A stretch of 47,496 bases of DNA, from positions 10,600 to 58,095 of the forward strand of contig JAAZXP010000003.1 in assembly GCA_014240055.1 (NCBI GenBank), read 5' to 3'. Below the pieces are notes generated by a model. That model saw nothing but the letters and a program-made list of their open reading frames with translations. It was not told where the DNA came from and searched no databases. The stretch is from Methanobacteriota archaeon. Its GTDB lineage: Archaea > Thermoplasmatota > Poseidoniia > MGIII > CG-Epi1. The position numbers were made by a program, and so were the translations under genes. This document shows, in pieces, positions 24,629 through 33,845 of the stretch. Position 1 is the stretch's first letter. Each line of letters starts with the position of its first letter.

Positions 24629-26337
24629 TACTCCTCGCCAAAGAAACTTCGAAGAACAGGATGCATTTCCATCATCTGTTCTTTCCCAATCTGTTCATAC
24701 ATTCTAATCATAATTCCGACAGTAAGTAGCACTCCAGTACCTGAAGATTGCCCCACAGTTCCAATCATATCAGCACCTGCAGCCAAGAACCCTACCATTG
24801 CCCCACTGAAAACAGTTACAGTAGGAATATAACGTTCCAAAACCTTCTCTACAATACGAGGATCTCTACGGAATCCAGGTATTTGCATTCCTGAGCCTTG
24901 TATTTGTTTAGCTACGTCAGCAGGCCCCATATTTGTCGTCTCAATCCAGAATTTAGCAAATACAATAGATCCTAAAACCATAATTCCCATATAAACTATG
25001 ATATGAGCTACAAGTTGCCAAGGTTCGTGACCTCCTAGATACTGTCCATATTTTTCTGGACTTACAAGGGGAAGAAACCAGTCTTGTAAACCAGCGAGAC
25101 GATTAACATAATACGCTAGACCCATAGTAGGCACTGGATTACTTCCATCAGTAGTATCAAAGGCTCCAAGTCTCCAATTATGGCCAAATATAGGCCATTT
25201 AGACATTGATGGATGTGACCAAAACAGAAGTGCAAACATGTTAACATTTGCTAATAGAGCAGCCATTAGAATAACGGGAATATTACTAGCATAAATCAAA
25301 CGGATTGGATATCTTCCTCTAGCGCCTCTCACTTTCCCGTGAGCTAAAGGCAATTCAATTCGTGATGATTCAACATAAACAACAATAAAGAAAACAACTA
25401 AAGTACCAAGTAATGCAACAAGGGGATTTGGTGGTGCCAGTAACATTGCTTCATATCCTCCATTGCTCAAATCAGAAGTTGATGAATTTTTAAGATACCA
25501 TAGAATCATTGGGAAAGTCCCAGACGGCGTCTCAGTTTGACTTCCTGGCGCAGGTTCCCAATTTAGAGTTCCAGTGAAAATAGCTTGTGAAACACCAGCT
25601 GCAATGAATAGTGAAATACCAGAACCAATTCCCCATTTGGATACACTTTCATCCATTAGGAAAACTAGATAGGATCCAATTGCTAATTGAGTAATAATAG
25701 TCATTCGAGCCCAAGTTAGTCCAACATCACTAACGATTGCAGCACTAGGTTCAAGAAAACCGAACACTTGAGGAACGGATTCTACAATAATCATTACGAT
25801 AACTAGAACTTTCTGTGTTCCTTGGTATATTTCTTTATCTTTTGGATTCTGTAAATTTAAGTTTATAATTTTTGCACCTGTAAAAAGTTGCATGATAATA
25901 CTACCAGTAACAATAGGACCAATACCTAAATGCATCAAACTACCACTAGCTCCAGCTAGAATTGCTCGATATTGACTGAAAAGATCAATAGTTTCTCCAC
26001 CTAGACCGTATATTGCTACATTTGTCATTGCAAAATAAACGATTAGAATAGTTAAAGTCCATGTCATTTTGGTTCTAAAATGTACGTGCCCATCTGGTTT
26101 CTTTATAGTCGGCATTCTACCGATTATAGGTTTAAGTCCATGTAATTTCGATCCTTCTCCAGAGTAAGAAGAACCCATGTAAACCAGCCATGTTAGAACT
26201 ATAAAACCAGCACCCATTAATGTGCCAGCTACAGTTTCAGGACTTTTCCAATTATACCAAAGTACATAAAGAAGAATCATAAAAAGACAAGGACCGAGTG
26301 CTTGTCTTGGGTTTCTAGGGATATCGTTTTCAGCCAT
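24628..26337 (-). CDS. secY: Preprotein translocase SecY with N-terminal two-TM extension
   Basis: LGIGPIVT, WGIGSGISLFIAAGV, YPIRLIYASNIP, IPGFR, SGTGVLL. Confidence 0.98.
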   Translation of the reverse strand: MAENDIPRNPRQALGPCLFMILLYVLWYNWKSPETVAGTLMGAGFIVLTWLVYMGSSYSGEGSKLHGLKPIIGRMPTIKKPDGHVHFRTKMTWTLTILIVYFAMTNVAIYGLGGETIDLFSQYRAILAGASGSLMHLGIGPIVTGSIIMQLFTGAKIINLNLQNPKDKEIYQGTQKVLVIVMIIVESVPQVFGFLEPSAAIVSDVGLTWARMTIITQLAIGSYLVFLMDESVSKWGIGSGISLFIAAGVSQAIFTGTLNWEPAPGSQTETPSGTFPMILWYLKNSSTSDLSNGGYEAMLLAPPNPLVALLGTLVVFFIVVYVESSRIELPLAHGKVRGARGRYPIRLIYASNIPVILMAALLANVNMFALLFWSHPSMSKWPIFGHNWRLGAFDTTDGSNPVPTMGLAYYVNRLAGLQDWFLPLVSPEKYGQYLGGHEPWQLVAHIIVYMGIMVLGSIVFAKFWIETTNMGPADVAKQIQGSGMQIPGFRRDPRIVEKVLERYIPTVTVFSGAMVGFLAAGADMIGTVGQSSGTGVLLTVGIMIRMYEQIGKEQMMEMHPVLRSFFGEE

Positions 26338-26749
26338 TCAGAATTTCTCCACCAGCTGCTTCAATTTTTTCTACGGCTTTTGCAGATGCTGCATTAATCG
26401 TAAGTTTATATGATTGTTTGGTAGAACCAGTACTGAGTAATTTGTCATACCCCATACTTTGTAAATTAAGAGATATAACCTTTCCTTTTTTTGTTGCCAC
26501 GCCATCAGCAATCCATTTATCACACATTTCCTCAATAGTGTTAAGATTAATTGAAGTATTCGCATGAACTACAGATTGAGGTCTTTTGAAACCATGAGCG
26601 CCCCATACACGTCCAACGCGTTCATACATAATGCGCTTGGTTTTATGACATCCTGCATTACCACGACCGCCTCTTAGTCCTGCACCACGACCTTTCTTGT
26701 GCCCTCTACCGCGCGTACGACTAGGCTTTAGTGCTTTACGCCTTGGCAT
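26330..26749 (-). CDS. rpl15: 50S ribosomal protein uL15
   Basis: RGAGLRGGRGNAG, GF-x-RP, KIEAAGG; operon position. Confidence 0.96.
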   Translation of the reverse strand: MPRRKALKPSRTRGRGHKKGRGAGLRGGRGNAGCHKTKRIMYERVGRVWGAHGFKRPQSVVHANTSINLNTIEEMCDKWIADGVATKKGKVISLNLQSMGYDKLLSTGSTKQSYKLTINAASAKAVEKIEAAGGEILNG

Positions 26750-27209
26750 ATTGCATTCTCCTAATTAATGTATTAATTTTGTCACCACGATAACCAAGAG
26801 CTCCACCTTCCTTAAAACTACGTTTTATTCCTTCATATCCTTTACGTGGTGGATGTAATCTAAAAAGAGGCTTTAATGCAGGAACATCTCTCATTACAGT
26901 TTTTCCTTCTGTAATAGATTTTGCTAATGCCTTAATTGTCTTGAAAGAAGATTCTTTCAATTCAGTTTTAGTATAACTCTTATTACCGCTGGTTTTACCC
27001 GAACTTTCAAGCATTAATTGTGTAGTATCGACATCAACTTCTCCCCAAGTGACATAATCTTTGATAATATTTAACATACCTTTGTAAACGTCGTTTTCAG
27101 GAACAATAACACAATGATTTACATTATTCAAACGCATAATACTCATAGTTTTCTTAATCTTAGGCATAACATTTACAGAACCTCTGACTCTAACAATTGC
27201 CCAGCTCAT
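26736..27209 (-). CDS. rpl30: 50S ribosomal protein uL30
   Basis: VRVRG, DYVTWGE, FRLHPPRKG, GGALGYRG. Confidence 0.97.
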   Translation of the reverse strand: MSWAIVRVRGSVNVMPKIKKTMSIMRLNNVNHCVIVPENDVYKGMLNIIKDYVTWGEVDVDTTQLMLESSGKTSGNKSYTKTELKESSFKTIKALAKSITEGKTVMRDVPALKPLFRLHPPRKGYEGIKRSFKEGGALGYRGDKINTLIRRMQYAKA

Positions 27210-28018
27210 TCTTGTTTGACTCCTTTTACCATATTGTGAAAATCGTCTTGACCTGGTAACAATTTTGTTGTTGTTGTCTTTTGAAGTGCATTAAACATTG
27301 CATTTGCAAAATTATAGATAGTTTGTGTTTGCCCTTTGGTAAATGACCAAGCATCTTCAACACCTGCTAATTTCAACATAATTTTCCCAACTTGGTTTGT
27401 AACAAGACCGACACCCGGTGGCGCAGGCTTAATTGTTATACGAGTTGATCCAGTTCGTCCAGATACTTCAAAGGGTAATGAATTTGGAACTGCCGTAGAA
27501 CATTCCCAAGAGCCACTGCCTCTTCTAATTTCAATAATATTCATTTTTGCCCGATCCAAAGCTTTTGTAATTGTAGGCCTTACCAGTTTACCTGAAACAC
27601 GTCCTAATCCAACAATACCATTCCCATTACCAACGATAGTGGTGACTGCAAACCGGACTCTTCTTCCTGAATCAGACATCCTCTGAACCATATGAATATC
27701 AATAACTTCTTCTAACAAATCAGGAACTAACAAGTCAATAATTGGAGGTTCACGTAAAGGCAATCCAGTAGCCAATGCGTCTTGAATAGTAGTGATTTCT
27801 CCTGAGACAACCATTCTTCCTAATTCAGTTTTAGCAGTCCATTTGGATATTCTTTCTTCAGCAGCTCGTCTGCGTTGTTGAGCAGGAGAGAGTGGAGGTC
27901 CTCGTGGCGGTCTTCCACCTTGTTGAGGTTTTCCGCCCTTTTGAGGAGGTTTTCCACCTTGGTAAGGTTTATTACCTTTATAATTTGATTGTTTAGGTTT
28001 AGATGCTTCTTCAGCCAT
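27206..28018 (-). CDS. rps5: 30S ribosomal protein uS5
   Basis: KTELGRMV, VQRMSDSGRR, GSWEC, PAPPGVGL; low-complexity N-terminal extension. Confidence 0.97.
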   Translation of the reverse strand: MAEEASKPKQSNYKGNKPYQGGKPPQKGGKPQQGGRPPRGPPLSPAQQRRRAAEERISKWTAKTELGRMVVSGEITTIQDALATGLPLREPPIIDLLVPDLLEEVIDIHMVQRMSDSGRRVRFAVTTIVGNGNGIVGLGRVSGKLVRPTITKALDRAKMNIIEIRRGSGSWECSTAVPNSLPFEVSGRTGSTRITIKPAPPGVGLVTNQVGKIMLKLAGVEDAWSFTKGQTQTIYNFANAMFNALQKTTTTKLLPGQDDFHNMVKGVKQE

Positions 28019-28509
28019 TATTTACTGCCTCCAATTTTCTTGGATACTTTTTCAAAATCAGTAGTTGCTTTATCAGAGATATGTTTTCCGCTAATCCGAT
28101 CATCACTAGGGAATAAGTTATCTGAATGAGGTATTTTCATGCCCCCATCTACCAGTCCTTTCAGAGTTGCAAATGCTCTTCCTCCAGGCGTTGGCGTAAT
28201 TCTACCAATGTCTAGAACTGCAGAATCAATTCCTGCTTTCAGTGCTCGCTTAGCAGCTAACATACCAGACAAGTAGGAAGCCGGAACATTAGTTTTAGAT
28301 CCTTTCCAACCCATGCCAGTAACATCGGCCGAGTTTGCAGATGCTAGAACCTTATCGCCTTTATCGGTAAATTCAATAATTTGAACAGAAACTTTAGCAT
28401 TACTAAATCGAACAACAGCTCTAGGAATTCCAGATTTCAGTAAAGCCAATCTCTTTCGATAATTAGTAATACCTTTATTTCTTCTAGAAAAATGCATTCC
28501 TCTTGGCAT
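28018..28509 (-). CDS. rpl18: 50S ribosomal protein uL18
   Basis: TNYRKRLALLKSG, N-x-PASYL-x-G, AVLDIG. Confidence 0.96.
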   Translation of the reverse strand: MPRGMHFSRRNKGITNYRKRLALLKSGIPRAVVRFSNAKVSVQIIEFTDKGDKVLASANSADVTGMGWKGSKTNVPASYLSGMLAAKRALKAGIDSAVLDIGRITPTPGGRAFATLKGLVDGGMKIPHSDNLFPSDDRISGKHISDKATTDFEKVSKKIGGSK

Positions 28510-28973
28510 TATTTCGTTCCTCCTAATTTTATTCCATCAATTTCCATATTGTATCTTAAGTGATTTCTCGAATTGTAAACTCCACCCTTTACACGACGGT
28601 AGTAGAGTCTGTATTGTGTAGGATCAATAGTTCCACCAGCTCTCAATGTAGTCAATTCTTTCCTTAATGCACGTACACGGTTCATCCAGGCTTCTTTCTT
28701 TGGAGTACGAGCTCCACTTGCACCTTTTCTCGAACCATGACCTCTACGCCTTCCTTTGGATCGTTGAATAGCCATAACCTTTGCGCGCCCTCTAGAAATA
28801 CCCTTTTTCTGGTGTTTACGGATGAATTTTTGGACAATAAGAAGTCTTACATCATCGCGAGTGACAGCCTCAGAAATTCGTTCTTGAACTTCAGGCCGAT
28901 CGTCAACCCACACTCTATGTACTCCACACTTCAACAAAGCTGCACCGACACGTTTTTGGTAGGATAAATTCAT
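28509..28973 (-). CDS. rpl19e: 50S ribosomal protein eL19
   Basis: QKR, KCG-x2-RVW, GSRKG, W-x2-RVRALR. Confidence 0.97.
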   Translation of the reverse strand: MNLSYQKRVGAALLKCGVHRVWVDDRPEVQERISEAVTRDDVRLLIVQKFIRKHQKKGISRGRAKVMAIQRSKGRRRGHGSRKGASGARTPKKEAWMNRVRALRKELTTLRAGGTIDPTQYRLYYRRVKGGVYNSRNHLRYNMEIDGIKLGGTK

Positions 28974-29395
28974 AGATCTCTCCTATTGAAAATGCGTATT
29001 TTTAAATCATCAGCTTTCTTAACAATAATTTCTCTTTTCTTATCTCCAACCTTACTTGAAATACGGATTGCTTGAGTCTTAGGATCTACATTATCAACTT
29101 CTTTCGGATTATGAATCATAACTTCTTCAAATCCAGAAGGATGTAATCCTCTAACACTTGCAGGACCTCTAAACCCAGGTTGAACAACAGTAATTCTATA
29201 TTTGAAATGGCGACGCATTTTGGAGTGTATCCCTCGCGGACGTCTCCATTTGTCTCCAAGTCGCTTGTATCTAAACCAATTCTGACGTTTAAAGGCAGGA
29301 CGTCGATTGGACATCCGGTTACGCTTTGATAATGCAACTTTTGTTTCAGGATCTAAAACGGGCTTTTGTCTTGGTTTATATTCTTCATCACTCAT
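28970..29395 (-). CDS. rpl32e: 50S ribosomal protein eL32
   Basis: WRRPRGIHSKMR, RGLHPSG. Confidence 0.97.
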   Translation of the reverse strand: MSDEEYKPRQKPVLDPETKVALSKRNRMSNRRPAFKRQNWFRYKRLGDKWRRPRGIHSKMRRHFKYRITVVQPGFRGPASVRGLHPSGFEEVMIHNPKEVDNVDPKTQAIRISSKVGDKKREIIVKKADDLKIRIFNRRDL

Positions 29396-29934
29396 TGAGC
29401 AACTCCTTTAGAAATAGTATAGATTCCATCTTGGAAAACACGAATATCTCTTCCCTTTACAACGGTAGCTTTTTCCAAATTACCTGCAGTTTGACCAACT
29501 TCTTCCACATTGTTACCTTCAATTGTAACAATATCGCCTTTTACTTTAACCTTAGCAGCTCCAACAATTGCTGAATTTCGAGTATCTTTTTCTCCCAAGA
29601 AATTGTCTATAGCTACAACATTTCCTTTCACAACAACTTTCATAGGAAAGTGAGCAAAAACAATTTTCATCTCATACTTAAACCCTTGATTTACTCCTTT
29701 AATCATATTGGAAAGATGTGCCTTCCATGTACCTATCAGGGCTTTTTCTTTCTTTCTGAGTTTATTTCCAATAATTTTCAATTGATTTTCGCCTTGTTCA
29801 AATTTCATAGATGCGTGCTTAAACTTCCGAGTCAAATCTCCTCTAGGGCCTGTGATTTTTATGTCTGAACTACTACTATCTACTGAAACGCCTTCAGGCA
29901 ATGCTAAAACGTGTACCATTTCTTTAATGAGCAT
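29392..29934 (-). CDS. rpl6: 50S ribosomal protein uL6
   Basis: HFPM, NFLGEK, DIRVFQDGIY. Confidence 0.97.
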   Translation of the reverse strand: MLIKEMVHVLALPEGVSVDSSSSDIKITGPRGDLTRKFKHASMKFEQGENQLKIIGNKLRKKEKALIGTWKAHLSNMIKGVNQGFKYEMKIVFAHFPMKVVVKGNVVAIDNFLGEKDTRNSAIVGAAKVKVKGDIVTIEGNNVEEVGQTAGNLEKATVVKGRDIRVFQDGIYTISKGVAQ

Positions 29935-30321
29935 TTAATAAACGTAAGCTAACAGCTTTCCTCCAGTTGAAGCCTCTTTGGCTTGATCATTGTTCATTAC
30001 ACCATAAGGTGTTGTTAGAATTAAAAGTCCAAAATCTTTTGCAGGCAGATAGCGAGCTTCATGCCTGTCCATATCTTTCAATTTAATAGAAAAGCGAGGC
30101 TTGATAGCTCCACAGCCGTTAATCCGGCCATTGAGAGAAATATCGAATTCTCCTCCCTTTCCGTCATCTCTAAATTCATAATTATTCAAATAACCTTTTT
30201 CAGTTAACAATTTCAGTACATCGCCGATTAAGCGTGATGCTGGAACTATTGCAGACTCTTTTCCAACGTGGTCTGCGTTCTTGATAAGAACAAGGGCATC
30301 TGATAGTGGATCGTGTTTCAT
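29935..30321 (-). CDS. rps8: 30S ribosomal protein uS8
   Basis: DPLSDAL, GAIKPRF, YLPA-x-DFG, GGKLLAYVY. Confidence 0.97.
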   Translation of the reverse strand: MKHDPLSDALVLIKNADHVGKESAIVPASRLIGDVLKLLTEKGYLNNYEFRDDGKGGEFDISLNGRINGCGAIKPRFSIKLKDMDRHEARYLPAKDFGLLILTTPYGVMNNDQAKEASTGGKLLAYVY

Positions 30322-30332
30322 ATTTTTTTACC

Positions 30333-30503
30333 TCAATCGTATTTTTTGAACCCTAGCTCTGGAGCTTTGTCCCTGAAACATTGTCTACACAAGTTCAGTC
30401 CGTAACGGCGTACTAGTCCGCGTTTTCTATCACACAATACGCAGCCAACTATTCTGCCACGGTAAACTTCGCGTTCTTTGATTTTAACTTTTTCTATGTT
30501 CAT
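30333..30503 (-). CDS. rps14: 30S ribosomal protein uS14 (Zn-binding, 4 Cys), below ORF-track length cutoff
   Basis: Hand translation: [56 protein letters not shown]. Lies between uL5 and uS8. Confidence 0.96.
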   Translation of the reverse strand: MNIEKVKIKEREVYRGRIVGCVLCDRKRGLVRRYGLNLCRQCFRDKAPELGFKKYD

Positions 30504-31012
30504 ACTTTAAAAACCTCCAAAGCGAATTTCTTTTGCATGTATTCTTGGCATTCTTCCGCGTTAATTCTGTGGTTTTTGCCAACTCTTTTACTCCTAATTT
30601 TTCTTCGAGACACCCTAAATCCAGGTCTTTCAAAAGCAATTGCAATGTCAAGTCCAAAAATCCCAATATCAGGGTCATAACTTTCATTCTCATATCCAGT
30701 ATAGTCTGGTATTCCAAAACTTAAGCCACCCGTTTTAGAAAAGCAATAGTTTGGTAATTTATTTTCACGAACCCATAAGGATTTTTTAATAAATTTCAAG
30801 GCATGTTCACCTCTCAAAGTTACTTTACATCCAATAGGCATTCCTAATCGAATTCCAAGATCTCGATTTGTAGATTTAGAAAGGGTACGGGTAGGTTTAC
30901 ATCCACTTAATTTCTCAAGAACGCTTTCTGCTTTTGCAAGCCGTTGTCCAGCTTCACCAACTCCAATGTTTAGAACCACTTTTGCAATTCTCAACTCTTT
31001 CATTGGATTCAC
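30500..31012 (-). CDS. rpl5: 50S ribosomal protein uL5
   Basis: [27 protein letters not shown]. Confidence 0.97.
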   Translation of the reverse strand: MNPMKELRIAKVVLNIGVGEAGQRLAKAESVLEKLSGCKPTRTLSKSTNRDLGIRLGMPIGCKVTLRGEHALKFIKKSLWVRENKLPNYCFSKTGGLSFGIPDYTGYENESYDPDIGIFGLDIAIAFERPGFRVSRRKIRSKRVGKNHRINAEECQEYMQKKFALEVFKV

Positions 31013-31713
31013 AGTTTAGCCTCCGGAAGGTTAACCAGTGATTTTTTATCGCCAACAACAAAAGAATAAGATTTGATAGTTTGGAACCCATCATACATCA
31101 CCAAGTTTGGTTTTGTACTACGTGTTATTTCGATACCTTTAATTTCAGATAGAGATCCAACATGAGCTCCACCCATGATAAAGGCTTGAGAACCTTCTTT
31201 AAATTCTAAGACCTTTTTTATTTTCAAATCTGGCAATGAAACTTGAAGGACATCTCCAGTTTTTACTTTCTTATCAGATATCATATTTGTTCCATCGTGT
31301 AAATTAAGTTGAACCTTTCCACCCTTTACAACCGTTTTATTTTCGACACGCAATAATTTCCATTGCGATTCAGCGGCTTTAATCTCTACAAATTGTAGTC
31401 TACCGTGATCGTCTATCATGGTTCGATAGTGTCTTTTCATAGCTGGTAAAGATATAACATCCATTAACCCAACTGGATATTTTGGTTTACGAACTGCTCT
31501 TTGGTCGACTAAAACAGCTCCGCTGTTTAGAATATATTTAGCTTCTCGATTTGTATCACAAACATTCAAGTAATCTCTTAAAATTGTTGAAATAGGGATT
31601 GCACCTTCTAGTGAGTGCTTACCTGGCATTGGTCTGGTAGTCCAAACATTTTGCTTTCTGGCAATACTCCAAGAACGGGGTGCGACAAGCCTCTTTAGAT
31701 GGTCACTACTCAT
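31009..31713 (-). CDS. rps4e: 30S ribosomal protein eS4
   Basis: HLKRL-x-AP-x-SW, PVGLMDV, QLNLHDG. Confidence 0.97.
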   Translation of the reverse strand: MSSDHLKRLVAPRSWSIARKQNVWTTRPMPGKHSLEGAIPISTILRDYLNVCDTNREAKYILNSGAVLVDQRAVRKPKYPVGLMDVISLPAMKRHYRTMIDDHGRLQFVEIKAAESQWKLLRVENKTVVKGGKVQLNLHDGTNMISDKKVKTGDVLQVSLPDLKIKKVLEFKEGSQAFIMGGAHVGSLSEIKGIEITRSTKPNLVMYDGFQTIKSYSFVVGDKKSLVNLPEAKL

Positions 31714-32354
31714 TTTGATTCTCCTTTTAGTCTATCAATAAGTTCAGATTTCTTTCCGCCAACCGGAAGACCTTTTTCTTTAAGGGCCTCTTTCAAATCA
31801 GAAACTTTCATATTATCATAATTAATTTCTTCAACGGGTTCTTCTTCTTCAGCTTCTTTGACTTCTTCATTAGCTTCTTCGGTTGTTTCTTCTACAATTG
31901 GTCCAACAGTTTCTTCTTCATGCTCATCTTCAGCAGCCTCTAAGTCAGAGATAGCAGAATCAGTCCATTCAATTGATTCGTTAACACGAGTTAATAATTT
32001 TCTTCTATAAATATCAGACCAGTCAGGATTAATTATTACTAAGTTAGAAGGGTCAATAGGTCGTTGAAGTTCAGTTCCATCGGATTTAAAATAAGTAAAT
32101 CCTTCCACATATATTTTACGAGCCTTTCGGTCTACCTTGGCAACCTTAGTTGCAGATTTAGACTTTCCTTCACCTCTAACGATTAGAACACGATCGCCTT
32201 TTCGGACTGGCATAGATCTTGGATACCTAAATCCGCGAGCTAATTGTTTTTCACGGAGACTTTTGTCTACCGGAGCAGACATTTCACGATGTCTACGGTG
32301 GTATGGTGCCGTATATCGGGCAAGTCTCTGTTTTCGTGGTTGAATTGAACTCAT
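31710..32354 (-). CDS. rpl24: 50S ribosomal protein uL24 fused to acidic linker and SAP domain
   Basis: QPRKQR, VRKGD-x-V-x-I-x-RG, I-x-PSN; C-terminal MKVSDLKEALKEKGLPVGGKKSELIDRL. Confidence 0.95.
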   Translation of the reverse strand: MSSIQPRKQRLARYTAPYHRRHREMSAPVDKSLREKQLARGFRYPRSMPVRKGDRVLIVRGEGKSKSATKVAKVDRKARKIYVEGFTYFKSDGTELQRPIDPSNLVIINPDWSDIYRRKLLTRVNESIEWTDSAISDLEAAEDEHEEETVGPIVEETTEEANEEVKEAEEEEPVEEINYDNMKVSDLKEALKEKGLPVGGKKSELIDRLKGESK

Positions 32355-32361
32355 ATTATAC

Positions 32362-32760
32362 TCATACTATTGTAGTCGCTGCAGCGGCGATACGCGGCCA
32401 TCTTTCAGCAGCCTCTCTAGACACAGGACCTTTAATCGAAGATCCTTTTGTTTCTCCTTGTTCGTTAGTTAATACAGCTGCATTATCTTCGAACTGGACC
32501 ATGGTTCCATCTGCTCTGCGGAATGCTCTACGGCACCTCACAACAACAGCCCGGACCAATTGTCTTCGCATTTCTGGATTGCCCTTCTTTACAGAAGCTA
32601 CAATCATATCACCTACTCCTGCGGAAGGAGATCTACGGTGAACTCCTTTATAATTTAAAACAGTAACAATTTCAATTAGCTTTGCACCACTATTGTCAAC
32701 ACAGTTTAGTCTAGCTCCTTGAGGTAGACCTCTCATTTGACGTCCTGCAATAGCTCTCAT
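32362..32760 (-). CDS. rpl14: 50S ribosomal protein uL14
   Basis: DNSGAK, AGVGD, FEDNAAV, KGPVSREA. Confidence 0.98.
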   Translation of the reverse strand: MRAIAGRQMRGLPQGARLNCVDNSGAKLIEIVTVLNYKGVHRRSPSAGVGDMIVASVKKGNPEMRRQLVRAVVVRCRRAFRRADGTMVQFEDNAAVLTNEQGETKGSSIKGPVSREAAERWPRIAAAATTIV

Positions 32761-33098
32761 CCATCTCTCCTTTCAATAACTACAAAAGATTTTGTTTTAG
32801 ATAATGGTCTACATTCCATAAGTGTCACATTATCACCTTCAGAGGCTCCAACACTGGCTGGACTATGAGCACTTATCTTAGAAGAACTACGTGCATATCT
32901 CTCATATTTAGAATCATATTTCATTTTATTAATTTGAACAACAACAGTCTTCTGCGCTTTTGCTTTTACAACTTTACCACGGAGTATTTGTCCACGAACA
33001 GATAAACTTCCAAAGAAGGGATCATTAGGATCTCCATCCCATGGGTTTGCAGGCGTTTCAACATCAATACCTATATCTCTTGGTTTATTTTCGCTCAT
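32757..33098 (-). CDS. rps17: 30S ribosomal protein uS17
   Basis: RDIGID, L-x-VRG, KYERY, ECRPLSKTKSF. Confidence 0.97.
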   Translation of the reverse strand: MSENKPRDIGIDVETPANPWDGDPNDPFFGSLSVRGQILRGKVVKAKAQKTVVVQINKMKYDSKYERYARSSSKISAHSPASVGASEGDNVTLMECRPLSKTKSFVVIERRDG

Positions 33099-33337
33099 GC
33101 TTTCACCTTCTTAATTCGGTCTTGGGACCTGTATGCAATTTTATTGCCCACAAGTTCACCATTTTCAAACATAAATTTTCCAGGACGTTTGCTAATCATT
33201 TTTTGTATTCCGCTATTTTCAATAGTAATAGTTTCACGACTTTCTCCGACAATTATTCCAGAGACTCCACGTAAGCTAGGATCAGTGTGTTCTGAAACGG
33301 TTACATTTTCACCAATAAATTCTACTCTTCCATCCAT
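33095..33337 (-). CDS. rnp1: Ribonuclease P protein subunit Rpp29
   Basis: EFIG, G-x-SG-x-IV-x-E-x-R, R-x2-DRIKK; position between SUI1 and uS17. Confidence 0.88.
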   Translation of the reverse strand: MDGRVEFIGENVTVSEHTDPSLRGVSGIIVGESRETITIENSGIQKMISKRPGKFMFENGELVGNKIAYRSQDRIKKVKA

Positions 33338-33633
33338 TATTGAACCTCCACTGGGAAACCCATGTCTGACAAAACTTCACCAACTTTTTTTGTGTGGTTA
33401 CCTTGAAGCTCAATCACTCCACCTTTTGCAGTTCCACCAGTTGCACATTTTGTTTTCAATTGTTTAGCAAGATCACTAATGTCTACACCTTTTCCTACGC
33501 CATTAATTAATGTAACTAATTTTCCATAACGACGTTTTTCGATATGGACTTTAATGGATTGTTGTTCTCTAACAATCTCTTCCATAGCAAGTAATTCTTT
33601 TGGAAGGCCAGTCAAAGGATCAATATCTACCAT
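33337..33633 (-). CDS. sui1: Translation initiation factor aIF1 (SUI1 homolog)
   Basis: RRYGK-x-VT, LK-x2-CATGGT, IELQGNH. Confidence 0.96.
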   Translation of the reverse strand: MVDIDPLTGLPKELLAMEEIVREQQSIKVHIEKRRYGKLVTLINGVGKGVDISDLAKQLKTKCATGGTAKGGVIELQGNHTKKVGEVLSDMGFPVEVQ

Positions 33634-33845
33634 TAATTTTCACTCTCCAATTCTATTTCTCTCATAATGGTTGTTAATCTTGCAATTTGTTTTTTCAAAG
33701 CTCTCATTCTACCTGGAGAAGTAGGCTGTCCACCCATAGAGGCAACACCTCTTTCATTCATTAATTCTGAGCGAAGTTCTTTCAACCTTATATCACGTTC
33801 TTCTGGTTGCATTTGTCTGAGTTCGTCAGGTTTCTTAAGACTCAT
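33633..33845 (-). CDS. rpl29: 50S ribosomal protein uL29
   Basis: ELR-x-M, PG-x2-R, IARL-x-T. Confidence 0.95.
   Translation of the reverse strand: MSLKKPDELRQMQPEERDIRLKELRSELMNERGVASMGGQPTSPGRMRALKKQIARLTTIMREIELESEN

Noticed and set aside
30322-30499. Apparent absence of uS14 from the operon
   Set aside because: Present at 30333-30503, just below the ORF-track length cutoff.
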